64,000 bases of DNA, from positions 1 to 64,000 of the IMG/VR virus record IMGVR_UViG_3300003583_000001; one strand, 5' to 3'. This stretch comes from a virus. Of this stretch, positions 28,749 to 37,543 are shown piece after piece; within the stretch, counting starts at the first letter, position 1, and each line of letters opens with the position of its first letter. A model generated the notes under the pieces. It ran no database searches. It was given only the letters and a program-made list of their open reading frames with translations, and was not told where the DNA came from. The translations under genes and the position numbers were made by a program.

Positions 28749-29375
28749 TCAATCCCACAAATGTTCATAATATTTACCAAACAGCCTAAACCCGTTGGTC
28801 ATTCGTAGTTGATGTGCTTTGCAACCTTCGTCGTCAATCCATTCAAAACGACCACTAAAAGGTCCACCGTCTTCGCCTTCGATGTATGGACCACGGTAAT
28901 CTTCTTGCCAATGATCTCTACATTTTTGTTCGAATGCCCAAATCATTTCATCTAGCACCCAGTCCCAACGCTCAAAATGTTTAGAATCAGCATTGCCACC
29001 TTTACAGTATTCATCAATATTCTCTTTAGTAGCTTGTAGTTCTTTTGGAACATCTGCATTAGTTACAAGGGGAGCGCCATGTTTTGTAGCTTTTAACTGT
29101 ACAAGCATAGGCAGGATAATAGGAGCAAGGGTGTGATCCATACTCCAAGTGTCCCAAGGATCAATACGCACTTCGAACCTTTGTCTTTCGAGTTTGTCTA
29201 AAATCTTGTTGATGGTTTTGTTGTATACCCACTGAAGACCATCTTGAAGCGTCTCAAGTGTTTTTTCGAGTCGAGTGTTACTTTCAGTCCATTCTCGATT
29301 GTATTTTTTATCCATGTAGCGATTATGAACATAACTGACCCAGCAATCATTATAGGATTTAATCGACACTTTCAT
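28749..29375 (-). CDS. Conserved-looking phage hypothetical protein
   Basis: DPWDTWSMDHTLAPIILPML...NGFRLFGKYYEHLWD. Confidence 0.75.
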   Translation of the reverse strand: MKVSIKSYNDCWVSYVHNRYMDKKYNREWTESNTRLEKTLETLQDGLQWVYNKTINKILDKLERQRFEVRIDPWDTWSMDHTLAPIILPMLVQLKATKHGAPLVTNADVPKELQATKENIDEYCKGGNADSKHFERWDWVLDEMIWAFEQKCRDHWQEDYRGPYIEGEDGGPFSGRFEWIDDEGCKAHQLRMTNGFRLFGKYYEHLWD

Positions 29376-29784
29376 TTTTCATCTCACCATCAAGAACAAC
29401 ATACATATAAACAGGACATCCACTCGATTTAATATAAGCACGACCACCATCAATCATATTGCCGTTCCCAAACATCTTGTAGTCATGTCGATGGGCACTA
29501 TACTGTAGATTACCATCATCATCTTCGACACACCCAACCTCCTGTTTTTCAATCCTATCAGCATTAGTAATCATTAGATTGCCGCTCATTGGATGATAAT
29601 AAATGCCAAAATACTTGTTACCAAAGTCAGGATGTGGCGTATCACGATAGAAGATATCCATCGCTTGTGCTTCGTGTCCTAGTGCAGACGTACACACATA
29701 CTTGACAGGAACTCCATCTTTCTCTGTATAGTGTTTGCAAATCTTATCAGTATCAAATTGTGGTTCGTGTTTAATCATTTTCAA
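29359..29784 (-). CDS. Hypothetical protein
   Basis: YSAHRHDY...MIDGGRAY. Confidence 0.7.
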   Translation of the reverse strand: MKMIKHEPQFDTDKICKHYTEKDGVPVKYVCTSALGHEAQAMDIFYRDTPHPDFGNKYFGIYYHPMSGNLMITNADRIEKQEVGCVEDDDGNLQYSAHRHDYKMFGNGNMIDGGRAYIKSSGCPVYMYVVLDGEMKNESVD

Positions 29785-30098
29785 TCACTCGTTTTGGCTA
29801 GAGCCTTGCGAATCCATTTGACCTTGTAATCCTTACTCCATTCTCTAAGATAATCATTGTCTTTATCGAACAGTTCCAGCATTTCATCTTCGTTCATGGT
29901 AGTAGTGTCTGTAATGTATTCTCCCATATGTTTTTGAGAGAACTCTTCACAGTTGTCCTGCGTTACAGTGTCTTCAGCCCATTCAATTGCAGTGCCGTGC
30001 AGCTTAGGCAAATCATCCTTATGCATTACATAACGCATACGATACGATGAAATACAAGTTACAACAACATAATCTTTTTCTTCTACATTATCAGTCAT
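29781..30098 (-). CDS. Hypothetical protein
   Basis: ORF in operon. Confidence 0.65.
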   Translation of the reverse strand: MTDNVEEKDYVVVTCISSYRMRYVMHKDDLPKLHGTAIEWAEDTVTQDNCEEFSQKHMGEYITDTTTMNEDEMLELFDKDNDYLREWSKDYKVKWIRKALAKTSD

Positions 30099-30100
30099 TA

Positions 30101-30466
30101 TTATCTCCTCATCTTTGCTAGTGCTTCAGCATCTTCAGTAGAAAACACTGGAACCATATTACTCTTGTGCATCGTTGCAATACCAAGTAGCTTACGCTTA
30201 CCACTATATTGCATAGGTTCTTTTTTCGGTGCCACACCAGTTGGAATTTGATTAGAAAGCGTGGTGGGCCCGGCAGGATTCGAACCTGCGACAACGCCGT
30301 TATGAGCGGCGGGTTCTGACCGCTGAACTACAGGCCCGTTATATCCCATCTTCTTGAGAAACTTTGCATGAGCAGCATCTGTTTGTTGCTGCTTCTTTGA
30401 CTTCTTCTGTTTTCGCTTCTTCGTACTCGTTGTACTGAAGTAAGCTGGAAGCATATGCATCGACAT
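30101..30466 (-). CDS. Basic phage protein containing an in-frame nested tRNA gene
   Basis: GAGGAG RBS and own promoter; C-terminal GIATMHKSNMVPVFS...MRR motif recalled from T4-like hypothetical proteins; abuts the next ORF. Confidence 0.75.
   Translation of the reverse strand: MSMHMLPAYFSTTSTKKRKQKKSKKQQQTDAAHAKFLKKMGYNGPVVQRSEPAAHNGVVAGSNPAGPTTLSNQIPTGVAPKKEPMQYSGKRKLLGIATMHKSNMVPVFSTEDAEALAKMRR
30262..30337 (-). tRNA. tRNA with CAU anticodon, most likely tRNA-Ile2 (lysidine)
   Basis: GGGCCTGTAGTTCAGCGGTCAGAACCCGCCGCTCATAACGGCGTTGTCGCAGGTTCGAATCCTGCCGGGCCCACCA; G1-C72 paired (not initiator); C4-G69 and C5-G68 TilS determinants. Confidence 0.93.
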
Positions 30467-30494
30467 CTCTGTTTCTCCTCATTAGTATTATTAT

Positions 30495-30523
30495 ATACTA
30501 TACGAGAAGGGATATAAAGTCAA
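30495..30523 (-). promoter_or_regulatory. sigma70 promoter for the tRNA-containing gene
   Basis: TTGACT-N17-TAGTAT. Confidence 0.7.
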
Positions 30524-30528
30524 CCTTT

Positions 30529-30882
30529 TTATGAGGGAATTTTTGGACCTTTATCTGCTGGTTCCGGGAGATTCTTTTTCATATCAAACTCCCACTCTAG
30601 TGCTTCATTAATTTCAACAATGAAGCAAGCATATCCTTCAGGGTCAACACCAAGAACGACCAAATCTTCCTTATGAGAGTATACACCTACGAATATATCA
30701 CCCTTAGCGGTTTTCGTTAACCCACTTGCAACCAAGACATAACCTTCGTCATCAATATACTGTTTAATATCTTTTGTATCGTCACACACCAGATTAACTG
30801 GCATGGTAAATATAGCCGATTTTGCGGGGGTTGAAATCATAATAACAGCAGCGATAGTAATTGCAGATAGTAATTTAAACAT
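30529..30882 (-). CDS. Secreted hypothetical protein
   Basis: Signal peptide MFKLLSAITIAAVIMISTPAKSA; AAGGAG RBS. Confidence 0.65.
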   Translation of the reverse strand: MFKLLSAITIAAVIMISTPAKSAIFTMPVNLVCDDTKDIKQYIDDEGYVLVASGLTKTAKGDIFVGVYSHKEDLVVLGVDPEGYACFIVEINEALEWEFDMKKNLPEPADKGPKIPS

Positions 30883-31549
30883 TATACTTCTCCTTGTATG
30901 AAACTCTGGCATCCACAAACCCTTCAATGAAGTTGTCTCTATTTTCAACAAACACTTGTGGTTCAGAGCCATCGACCGCAATAATCACTACGGTGCGACT
31001 GACTGGGATTTCAGTTCGTTCCTCATACATCACAGCATAGCAGGACGCTTGCATAAAGTAGTTAGAAATCCATTCTTTCTTTTTGGGTTTACGAGATGTT
31101 TTGAAATCAATAATGGAGAGTTTCCCGTCGAACTCTGCGATACAATCTACCCTACCTGCTGTTTTCAGAAAGTCAGAATACAGCGGTGCTTCTAGATATT
31201 GAATGTTATCAATATATGTGTCTAGGATAGGTTGGATTTGTTTGAACGTAAAGACGTTCGCTGGCATCTGACCATCAAGATAGTCAGGCTTATTGTTGAG
31301 GTAGTCTTCACAGATTTGGTGAACCTTCGTACCTCTAGAACCAGCTTGTGTAGAAATGCGATTAGCTTCTTCTGCGCCAACACGTTTTCTCCAAGCAGCA
31401 ATGCCTGCTTTGCTTAGTTCTGATAGTATAGTCGTAACTGACGGGTAGCGATTTCCGTCAGGCGTGTTGTACACCCTACCGCTACCCGTCGTTTCAGCAA
31501 TTAGCTCCGTTAGAGTTGGAGCATTCACATGATTAAAGTGTTTCATCAA
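30875..31549 (-). CDS. PD-(D/E)XK exonuclease (Cas4-like phage exonuclease)
   Basis: YPSVTTIL, RGTKVH, AGRVDCIA, IIDFKTS and YFMQASCY. Confidence 0.9.
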   Translation of the reverse strand: MMKHFNHVNAPTLTELIAETTGSGRVYNTPDGNRYPSVTTILSELSKAGIAAWRKRVGAEEANRISTQAGSRGTKVHQICEDYLNNKPDYLDGQMPANVFTFKQIQPILDTYIDNIQYLEAPLYSDFLKTAGRVDCIAEFDGKLSIIDFKTSRKPKKKEWISNYFMQASCYAVMYEERTEIPVSRTVVIIAVDGSEPQVFVENRDNFIEGFVDARVSYKEKYNV

Positions 31550-32301
31550 TCTAGTCCCAGTTTGGACCTCGCTATAATATAGGACTTTACGAGGTCTGAG
31601 CGAACAATGTCTTCAGCAGTAAATTCGATAAAATCAAATTCTTCCATACTATCTATAATGCGTAAAAACTCTCTTAGTCCGCTCAGTTCTTTTTTTCGCT
31701 CGCTTGTCAAGTCATCTTGACGAACGTCTCCACAAAATATAATCTTACAGTTTTCACCAACTCTTGTCATCACAGAATGCAACTCCATCGCATTCATATT
31801 TTGAACTTCGTCTACAATAATAACACAATCATCTAACGTAATACCACGAACAAACGAGGTTGACATAAACTCTACGATGTTCTTTGTCTTTAGTATCTCG
31901 TAAGCGTCACCACGGTTGAATAGCTTTCTAGCAATGTCCTGATAAGGTGCTTCATACACCTTCATCTTCTCTTTCTGATTGCCGGGTAAGAAACCCATAT
32001 CTCTCGTTGGTACTACTGATCTAATGACAAAAACTTTATTAAAAGATTTGTCTTCAAGCACAGACTTCAGTGCTAGATACAGACCAATGAATGTCTTTCC
32101 TGTACCAGCAATACCATGAAGCATTAGATGATAATCGTTGTGCCAAGAATGAAAAGCGTCTTCTTGTGCTATTGTTATTGGTTTGATTGAGTTGAGTTTA
32201 AACTTCTCTCCTACGTTCAGGTTTCCAGATTTGTCCAAGACTTTATCTTGGCGCAGTTTTCTTTTTTGTCTTTTTGTTAAGCGTTCTGGACTTGTGAGCA
32301 T
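31546..32301 (-). CDS. phoH: PhoH-family ATPase
   Basis: GIAGTGKT, GFLPG, RGITL, IVDEVQN and GDVRQ. Confidence 0.95.
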   Translation of the reverse strand: MLTSPERLTKRQKRKLRQDKVLDKSGNLNVGEKFKLNSIKPITIAQEDAFHSWHNDYHLMLHGIAGTGKTFIGLYLALKSVLEDKSFNKVFVIRSVVPTRDMGFLPGNQKEKMKVYEAPYQDIARKLFNRGDAYEILKTKNIVEFMSTSFVRGITLDDCVIIVDEVQNMNAMELHSVMTRVGENCKIIFCGDVRQDDLTSERKKELSGLREFLRIIDSMEEFDFIEFTAEDIVRSDLVKSYIIARSKLGLD

Positions 32302-32309
32302 GGATTGTC

Positions 32310-32540
32310 CTATTTTGTTTGAATGTTTGATCCCCTATTGGCTTTTTTCACTCGCTGTAAAACGTCATTGAACCCGTTATCAATCCTACCAGCAACACTA
32401 CCAGTACCTGATACGATAGCAGGTGCAGAGACTAACATTTTATAGCTACCATCCTTAATAACTTCTTGTGCTTCCTCCCATGTACAAAAGGTTGTCATAG
32501 TGTCACCAGTTTCAATATGCTCAAATGAATATGTAGGCAT
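32310..32540 (-). CDS. FmdB-like small protein
   Basis: MPTYSF...TG...GFNDVLQRVKK; usual phoH neighbour. Confidence 0.7.
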   Translation of the reverse strand: MPTYSFEHIETGDTMTTFCTWEEAQEVIKDGSYKMLVSAPAIVSGTGSVAGRIDNGFNDVLQRVKKANRGSNIQTK

Positions 32541-33148
32541 TATTGTTCTCCAGTGACGATGTTATATATTTGTTTCCAATTTCTTGCAGTACGCATATTT
32601 GAAGTAATGTAGTTTTGATTGTGAGTGTGTCTCATAAGGATTGGATTGAGGTTAAACTTCAATCCACATTCTGCGTTCTCTACTTTATCTTCAATCCACC
32701 AGCATTCAGAATCCTGAAACTTCATCAACTCAGCGTCTTTATCAGCACCTGTTTCAATACAAGTGATGAAGTCAAAGACATTTTCTCCAAATACTCTCAC
32801 CAAGTTTTCTTCACGAAGGGCTGTAGCGTATGGATTAGTAGAGAGTGATGTAATCACGCCGAAGATATATCCATGCTCTTCGTTCAGCTTTTTTACATAC
32901 TTCACTGCATCTCTAAGTGCGGGCAGAAACCCAATCCATGCGCTCTCATTAAACTCTGTTACAAGTCTACGACCATCATCCTTATCAACAACTTCATCGA
33001 ATATCTTATCGATACCATAGGCGTGTTGATAGCCATCAGATAGCGTATATCCTTTTTCATCCATAAACTGGAAGAATCGATACGACCAGTCAAGTAGTAC
33101 ACCATCACAATCAGTTAGTATCAATTTAGAGTTCTTCATAAACCTCAT
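32540..33148 (-). CDS. HAD-family 5'(3')-deoxyribonucleotidase-like protein
   Basis: ILTDCDGVLLDW and WIEDK. Confidence 0.85.
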   Translation of the reverse strand: MRFMKNSKLILTDCDGVLLDWSYRFFQFMDEKGYTLSDGYQHAYGIDKIFDEVVDKDDGRRLVTEFNESAWIGFLPALRDAVKYVKKLNEEHGYIFGVITSLSTNPYATALREENLVRVFGENVFDFITCIETGADKDAELMKFQDSECWWIEDKVENAECGLKFNLNPILMRHTHNQNYITSNMRTARNWKQIYNIVTGEQ

Positions 33149-33296
33149 TCTCTCGAATCTTGTTTTTCTGACGACGCCGTTCTTGATAGGCGTGTTCTTT
33201 TGCTTTTTGAGCGCCTCTGCTTTTCTTTACTCTACGCTCAAATCGATTTGGGTCGTCGTCCCAAACGTTTTTCTCTCGACGATACGTTTTACCCAT
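33126..33296 (-). CDS. Small basic hypothetical protein
   Basis: MGKTYRRE... overlapping its neighbours. Confidence 0.6.
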   Translation of the reverse strand: MGKTYRREKNVWDDDPNRFERRVKKSRGAQKAKEHAYQERRRQKNKIRENEVYEEL

Positions 33297-33723
33297 TTTT
33301 AGCCTTAACATCCTCTGCAATTAAATTTGGAAATGCTTCGTTGATTGTCTTTACAGTCAATCCCTTAACATGCTTACCATCTTTCATATCAAGAAGAAGG
33401 AGCGCATCCTCCTTGTTGACAGTCTCAAGCAGTTGAATGAACAACTGCTCTCTCTTCATCGGCTTGACGTTTGTGCCAGTGCCTTCATAGAAATATGGAA
33501 TACGCTTTGAATTTCTATATAGCATACCATGGTCGTCTACTGCTTCTGATGGTGTGTATGGAGGAGCGCCTTCGGGTAAAAGGCATTTGAGAGAAGGACA
33601 ATACATTGCTTTGAGGATTGTCTTCAATGGCTTTGCTTCATTCTGCTTGAGCCATTTTACTTTCTCAGCTTTGGATTTCATCTTAGATGCTTTGCCTAAG
33701 ATTTCCGAAATAGATAGTTGCAT
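33289..33723 (-). CDS. Conserved T4-like hypothetical protein (rnh neighbour)
   Basis: LPEGAPPY...KREQLFIQLLE. Confidence 0.8.
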   Translation of the reverse strand: MQLSISEILGKASKMKSKAEKVKWLKQNEAKPLKTILKAMYCPSLKCLLPEGAPPYTPSEAVDDHGMLYRNSKRIPYFYEGTGTNVKPMKREQLFIQLLETVNKEDALLLLDMKDGKHVKGLTVKTINEAFPNLIAEDVKAKNG

Positions 33724-34590
33724 TTAAAATTCACCTATGTTTTCAATAAGATTTTTCAATCGTTTTTCAATGAAGTAGTTAAAGAGTTTAGAGCGATCAC
33801 CGCTCTCTTCATTGTATTTAGTCATCACTTCTTCTTGAATATAATCAGGCACCATAGACAAGTCAATCATTGCCTTATTGCGTTGATAACCACGAAGAAT
33901 TGTTTCGTCCGTCATACAATCATTTTTAAGTTCAGCAGTATACTGTGCGATACGCTTTTGTGTCATAGGTCTCTGTCGAGTTCCCATAACAAGACAATCG
34001 TCTTCTGATAGCATGTTAGGCACACCATCGCCAGTATCACCCTTCATAATGTGTTCCATTATGTATTGATTAGGATTAGCATGACGAAGCCACCGCTTAC
34101 GAATAGGATCGTATTGTGTTACATTAGCATACTTGTGCAGTTGAATAAAGTCTTTATCAGCAGAAAGAATCAAAATCTTTTCTGTTGAGCCAGCGTTCAA
34201 TTCAACGCCAAACTTATGACACAGCGTACCGATTGCATCATCTGCTTCAGCACGGTCAACCTGAACTGTTTTGTATGGAAAAACTTCTTTGATTTCATCT
34301 CGCACAAGATTTAGGATACGAAAAAGTTCGTTCCAGTTGAGTTCAGAGGTCTCACGAGACTTCTTGCGATTTGCTTTGTAATATGGGAATATATCTCGAC
34401 GCCAGTAGTTCTTATCATCGAAACAGAGAACAAGTTCTCCATAATCTTTGACGAACTTCTGACGATACGAGCGAATTGAATTGAGAACCATATGTCGAAT
34501 GAGACTTTCCTCAAACTCGACATTATGATGGTTGCCAATTTGAACCATGACGTTACTAATCATCACTTGGTTCATATCTACGAGAATCAC
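33724..34590 (-). CDS. rnh: T4-type RNase H (5'-3' exonuclease)
   Basis: ILVDMNQV, YWRRDIFPYYKANR, EADDAI, SADKDFIQL and GDTGDGVPN. Confidence 0.95.
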   Translation of the reverse strand: MILVDMNQVMISNVMVQIGNHHNVEFEESLIRHMVLNSIRSYRQKFVKDYGELVLCFDDKNYWRRDIFPYYKANRKKSRETSELNWNELFRILNLVRDEIKEVFPYKTVQVDRAEADDAIGTLCHKFGVELNAGSTEKILILSADKDFIQLHKYANVTQYDPIRKRWLRHANPNQYIMEHIMKGDTGDGVPNMLSEDDCLVMGTRQRPMTQKRIAQYTAELKNDCMTDETILRGYQRNKAMIDLSMVPDYIQEEVMTKYNEESGDRSKLFNYFIEKRLKNLIENIGEF

Positions 34591-34594
34591 TTGT

Positions 34595-34981
34595 TTATCC
34601 TTTTCTATTTTTGAGACGTAGGCGTTCGTCTTTTACAGCATTGTAGTAACCTTTGTACCAACCATCGGCTTTGACTTCCATCATGCCTAGGCCCAAATCT
34701 TTGACCTGCCATAACTTGCTACCTGTAAAGAATTCACAAGCCTCACTCATCAGATACCACTCACCAATGTGAATGTTGGTGTGAATAGGCATATTCCGAT
34801 GATCTAAGTTTGCAGTGAGTTTGTCAAATGCCTTTGAAAGTTCGCTGCGAGTGAAGCCTTTGCTTGGAAAGTTGTGATAGTAGCCTTCGCTCGGAGGGTT
34901 GCGCCAGTAGCCTTCAACGTAATGACCGTCTCGGTAGTGCGAATCCACGTACACCTTATTTTTCATCATCTGCTCCTTCAT
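34595..34981 (-). CDS. Hypothetical early protein
   Basis: YVDSHYRDGHYVEGYWR motif; follows a promoter. Confidence 0.65.
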   Translation of the reverse strand: MKEQMMKNKVYVDSHYRDGHYVEGYWRNPPSEGYYHNFPSKGFTRSELSKAFDKLTANLDHRNMPIHTNIHIGEWYLMSEACEFFTGSKLWQVKDLGLGMMEVKADGWYKGYYNAVKDERLRLKNRKG

Positions 34982-34994
34982 TGTCTATACTTAT

Positions 34995-35023
34995 AATATA
35001 AGCATTCTGACGCCAAATGTCAA
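34995..35023 (-). promoter_or_regulatory. Early sigma70 promoter (repeat family)
   Basis: TTGACA-tttggcgtcagaatgct-TATATT. Confidence 0.88.
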
Positions 35024-35033
35024 CCCTTTTCTT

Positions 35034-35972
35034 CTAAAAAGATGATAAAAATTGCGTCCATTCCTTTTGACGGCGAGACCAATTGAAAGTGTTGTTTGTA
35101 TTGTGTATTTGTAAATTCATATCTAACACACCATATGTTTTGATATGCTCTATAGCACTCTCCAAATACCTATGCGCTCTGTTAGCGTGAATCTGCACAT
35201 CCTCATCCCACTGATACATAGTAGTCATATTAGCAGCAGTCTCAGGAAGAGCAGCATAGTTTGGATGGACACAGAGACACCCAGCAGACATGGCTTCAAT
35301 CAACGCAATGCACGAAGTCTCTTGCCAGATAGACGGATAGGCGAAGATGTGAGCGCTTTGTAGCGCCTTTCTAACCTCTTTATTAGACACTGACCCATGA
35401 TAGCGAATCTTCGGATGTTGCTTCAGTTGGTCGAACAGAGCCTTGTACGGCTCATCTCTTTGCTCCCAGCCATAAATCTTGAACGAACTATACACATCAA
35501 GTTCAATGTTATCATGCTGTTTAGATAGAGCGTCAAAGATAGGATACAATAGACCTAACCCACGATGAGGCGTCGTATGATAGATGATACGAATCTTACC
35601 ATCATTCGGCTTCTTATGCTCAACAATAGGTTCAATAGCATTCTTGAGAATATGAGAGTGACTGTATGGCACACCCAGAAAATCATGATACTGTTGAAAC
35701 TGCCACTGAGAGACGAACACCAGCTTATCATACTTCTTATAGCCGCCATCTTTCAAGTGGGCGACTTCAGGGTCTCCTGCTAGATCATGACATACAAGAA
35801 TCTTTTTCAAATCATCTCGTAATTCACGAGTGCGAGAGTGGATAATCTGAAAGTTCTTTAGCAACTCTTGAGGAATGCGTTGTTGCATTCCAATTGCCAT
35901 CATTTCAGTTCCACCCATCGCATTCTGTGTCAACTCATTACGAATGAGTTCGCCTGCTACGATTTCGACCAA
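35034..35972 (-). CDS. GT-B (GT4-like) glycosyltransferase
   Basis: GGTE and YPSIWQETSCIALIEAMSAG (EX7E). Confidence 0.9.
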   Translation of the reverse strand: MVEIVAGELIRNELTQNAMGGTEMMAIGMQQRIPQELLKNFQIIHSRTRELRDDLKKILVCHDLAGDPEVAHLKDGGYKKYDKLVFVSQWQFQQYHDFLGVPYSHSHILKNAIEPIVEHKKPNDGKIRIIYHTTPHRGLGLLYPIFDALSKQHDNIELDVYSSFKIYGWEQRDEPYKALFDQLKQHPKIRYHGSVSNKEVRKALQSAHIFAYPSIWQETSCIALIEAMSAGCLCVHPNYAALPETAANMTTMYQWDEDVQIHANRAHRYLESAIEHIKTYGVLDMNLQIHNTNNTFNWSRRQKEWTQFLSSF

Positions 35973-36247
35973 TGGAAATCACTTTGATGTAAATAGCTGT
36001 TGATCTCGAATTTAACCATCGATTCAATACGGAAAGACCGCCAAGCCTCTTTCTCTAAATCCCATACAGCAATTGCTTTGGGTTCATCTTCTGGCTTAAC
36101 TAGAACCTCTTCAATGTCCTGTTGCTCTGGCAAATACTCTTTTTGAAGAGTACACCACATCGTTCGCATATCGCCGTTTACCTTCTTAAAGGTAACCCAA
36201 CAACGACTAGAGTGTAGCTTCTCTAGAATATCCAAATACTCCATCAT
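35957..36247 (-). CDS. SH3/WYL-like beta-barrel protein
   Basis: VTFKKVNGDMRTMWCTL...VWDLEKEAWRSFR. Confidence 0.8.
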   Translation of the reverse strand: MMEYLDILEKLHSSRCWVTFKKVNGDMRTMWCTLQKEYLPEQQDIEEVLVKPEDEPKAIAVWDLEKEAWRSFRIESMVKFEINSYLHQSDFHWSKS

Positions 36248-36452
36248 ATCCTCCACTTGTTCCTTCCACATGGTCTAAAAATTCTATAAATTCTTCGAAG
36301 ACAACATCATTAAAAGTTATGATGTGACTTCCGTCTGGAATTCTATTATACACGATTACATATTGACGCTTGTATGCTTTCACAATTTGCACAAATTGAT
36401 CACGGATCGTATCATCAACATCACATTGTAATATGTACTTACCCTGCATCAA
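36207..36452 (-). CDS. Hypothetical protein
   Basis: ORF filling the operon. Confidence 0.5.
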   Translation of the reverse strand: MMQGKYILQCDVDDTIRDQFVQIVKAYKRQYVIVYNRIPDGSHIITFNDVVFEEFIEFLDHVEGTSGGYDGVFGYSREATL

Positions 36453-36699
36453 CCGGTGCCTTGTCTTTCATTGTCCAGCCACGTTTAATCCAATCACGAT
36501 AAGTAGTTGCAGCAGTAACGCCAAACGACTTCTGAATAGATCGTGGAGTAGGAGAGCCTCGCTTCCAAGACTTGAGCGCCTGCATCGTCTTATCAAGTTC
36601 ACTACGTTCACGCCTAACAGCCTTTGTAATGCTCTTATTCACACCCACTAAACCCTTAGACGTATAATGAACTCCAGAACTCTTCTTGCCTTTTCCCAT
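36439..36699 (-). CDS. Basic hypothetical protein
   Basis: GGAG RBS; MGKGKKSSG. Confidence 0.65.
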   Translation of the reverse strand: MGKGKKSSGVHYTSKGLVGVNKSITKAVRRERSELDKTMQALKSWKRGSPTPRSIQKSFGVTAATTYRDWIKRGWTMKDKAPVDAG

Positions 36700-37161
36700 T
36701 TATTTCTCCAAATGTATGATATTAAAACCGGGTGTAGTATATAGAAAAGTGAGTGGTTGCTGATCTGTATAGAATTCAGAATACACTAATTTTTTAATAC
36801 CACTTTGATAAATCAGCTTCGCACATTCAAAGCAAGGCGAAGTCGTAGTATATAGAGTTGCTCCATTTGCAGATGAACCATATTTTGCCAGTTTCATCAA
36901 AGCATTTGCTTCTGCGTGTAACACCTCTTTTTTCGTAGTGGATACAGCACGAAGAGTATCATAGTCTTCACAGAGATTAGGCATTCCAGTTGGCATACCG
37001 TTCCACCCCATAGAGATGATACGTTCATCTTTGACGATTACACAACCCACCTTACGACGCTTTGCGTGAGACATTTCTGCAACACGATATGCAATGTCCA
37101 TATAGAGGCGATGGTATTTGTCTTCTTTGTATGCGACCTCTTCAGCCGCAGAATAAACCAT
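36700..37161 (-). CDS. cd: dCMP deaminase
   Basis: HAEANA and SPCFECAK. Confidence 0.93.
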   Translation of the reverse strand: MVYSAAEEVAYKEDKYHRLYMDIAYRVAEMSHAKRRKVGCVIVKDERIISMGWNGMPTGMPNLCEDYDTLRAVSTTKKEVLHAEANALMKLAKYGSSANGATLYTTTSPCFECAKLIYQSGIKKLVYSEFYTDQQPLTFLYTTPGFNIIHLEK

Positions 37162-37166
37162 TTTTA

Positions 37167-37328
37167 TTATCCCTTCTCAATCAAGTTCCAGACTTGCTTC
37201 CTATCATATCCCATATTGCACATTTGGTCAACAAGTTCTTCAATGGTAATCTTACCATAGTCGAAACTTTGGATAATCTTATTGACCTTAGCGGTCCAGA
37301 AAGCCTTTGCTTCTACAACGTTATTCAT
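37167..37328 (-). CDS. Hypothetical protein (53 aa)
   Basis: Hand translation MNNVVEAKAFW...; ATGA overlap. Confidence 0.55.
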   Translation of the reverse strand: MNNVVEAKAFWTAKVNKIIQSFDYGKITIEELVDQMCNMGYDRKQVWNLIEKG

Positions 37329-37543
37329 TCGCCTTTTCCAATCAAATATGTTTTCAAATCGACGACGTTTTCATCATTGATCATTCGAATGATGATATTC
37401 GTTACATCGATATCCATTTGAAGCATCTTCATCTTCTCCTGTAGTTCCATTAACTCTTCTTGATAGTATTTCAACTCCTTCTCTTTTTTTAGACGAGATG
37501 CGATAAGTTTATCAAGAATGATTATGTTAGTTTCTTCAGACAT
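37325..37543 (-). CDS. Coiled-coil hypothetical protein
   Basis: Coupled to the SleB-like gene. Confidence 0.65.
   Translation of the reverse strand: MSEETNIIILDKLIASRLKKEKELKYYQEELMELQEKMKMLQMDIDVTNIIIRMINDENVVDLKTYLIGKGE

Noticed and set aside
30262-30337. CAU tRNA as initiator tRNA-fMet
   Set aside because: G1-C72 is paired and the anticodon stem lacks the three consecutive G-C pairs of initiators; features fit Ile2.
30875-31549. Cas4-like nuclease suggesting CRISPR
   Set aside because: Standard stand-alone exonuclease next to phoH in T4-like phages; no repeat-spacer array was seen in the window.
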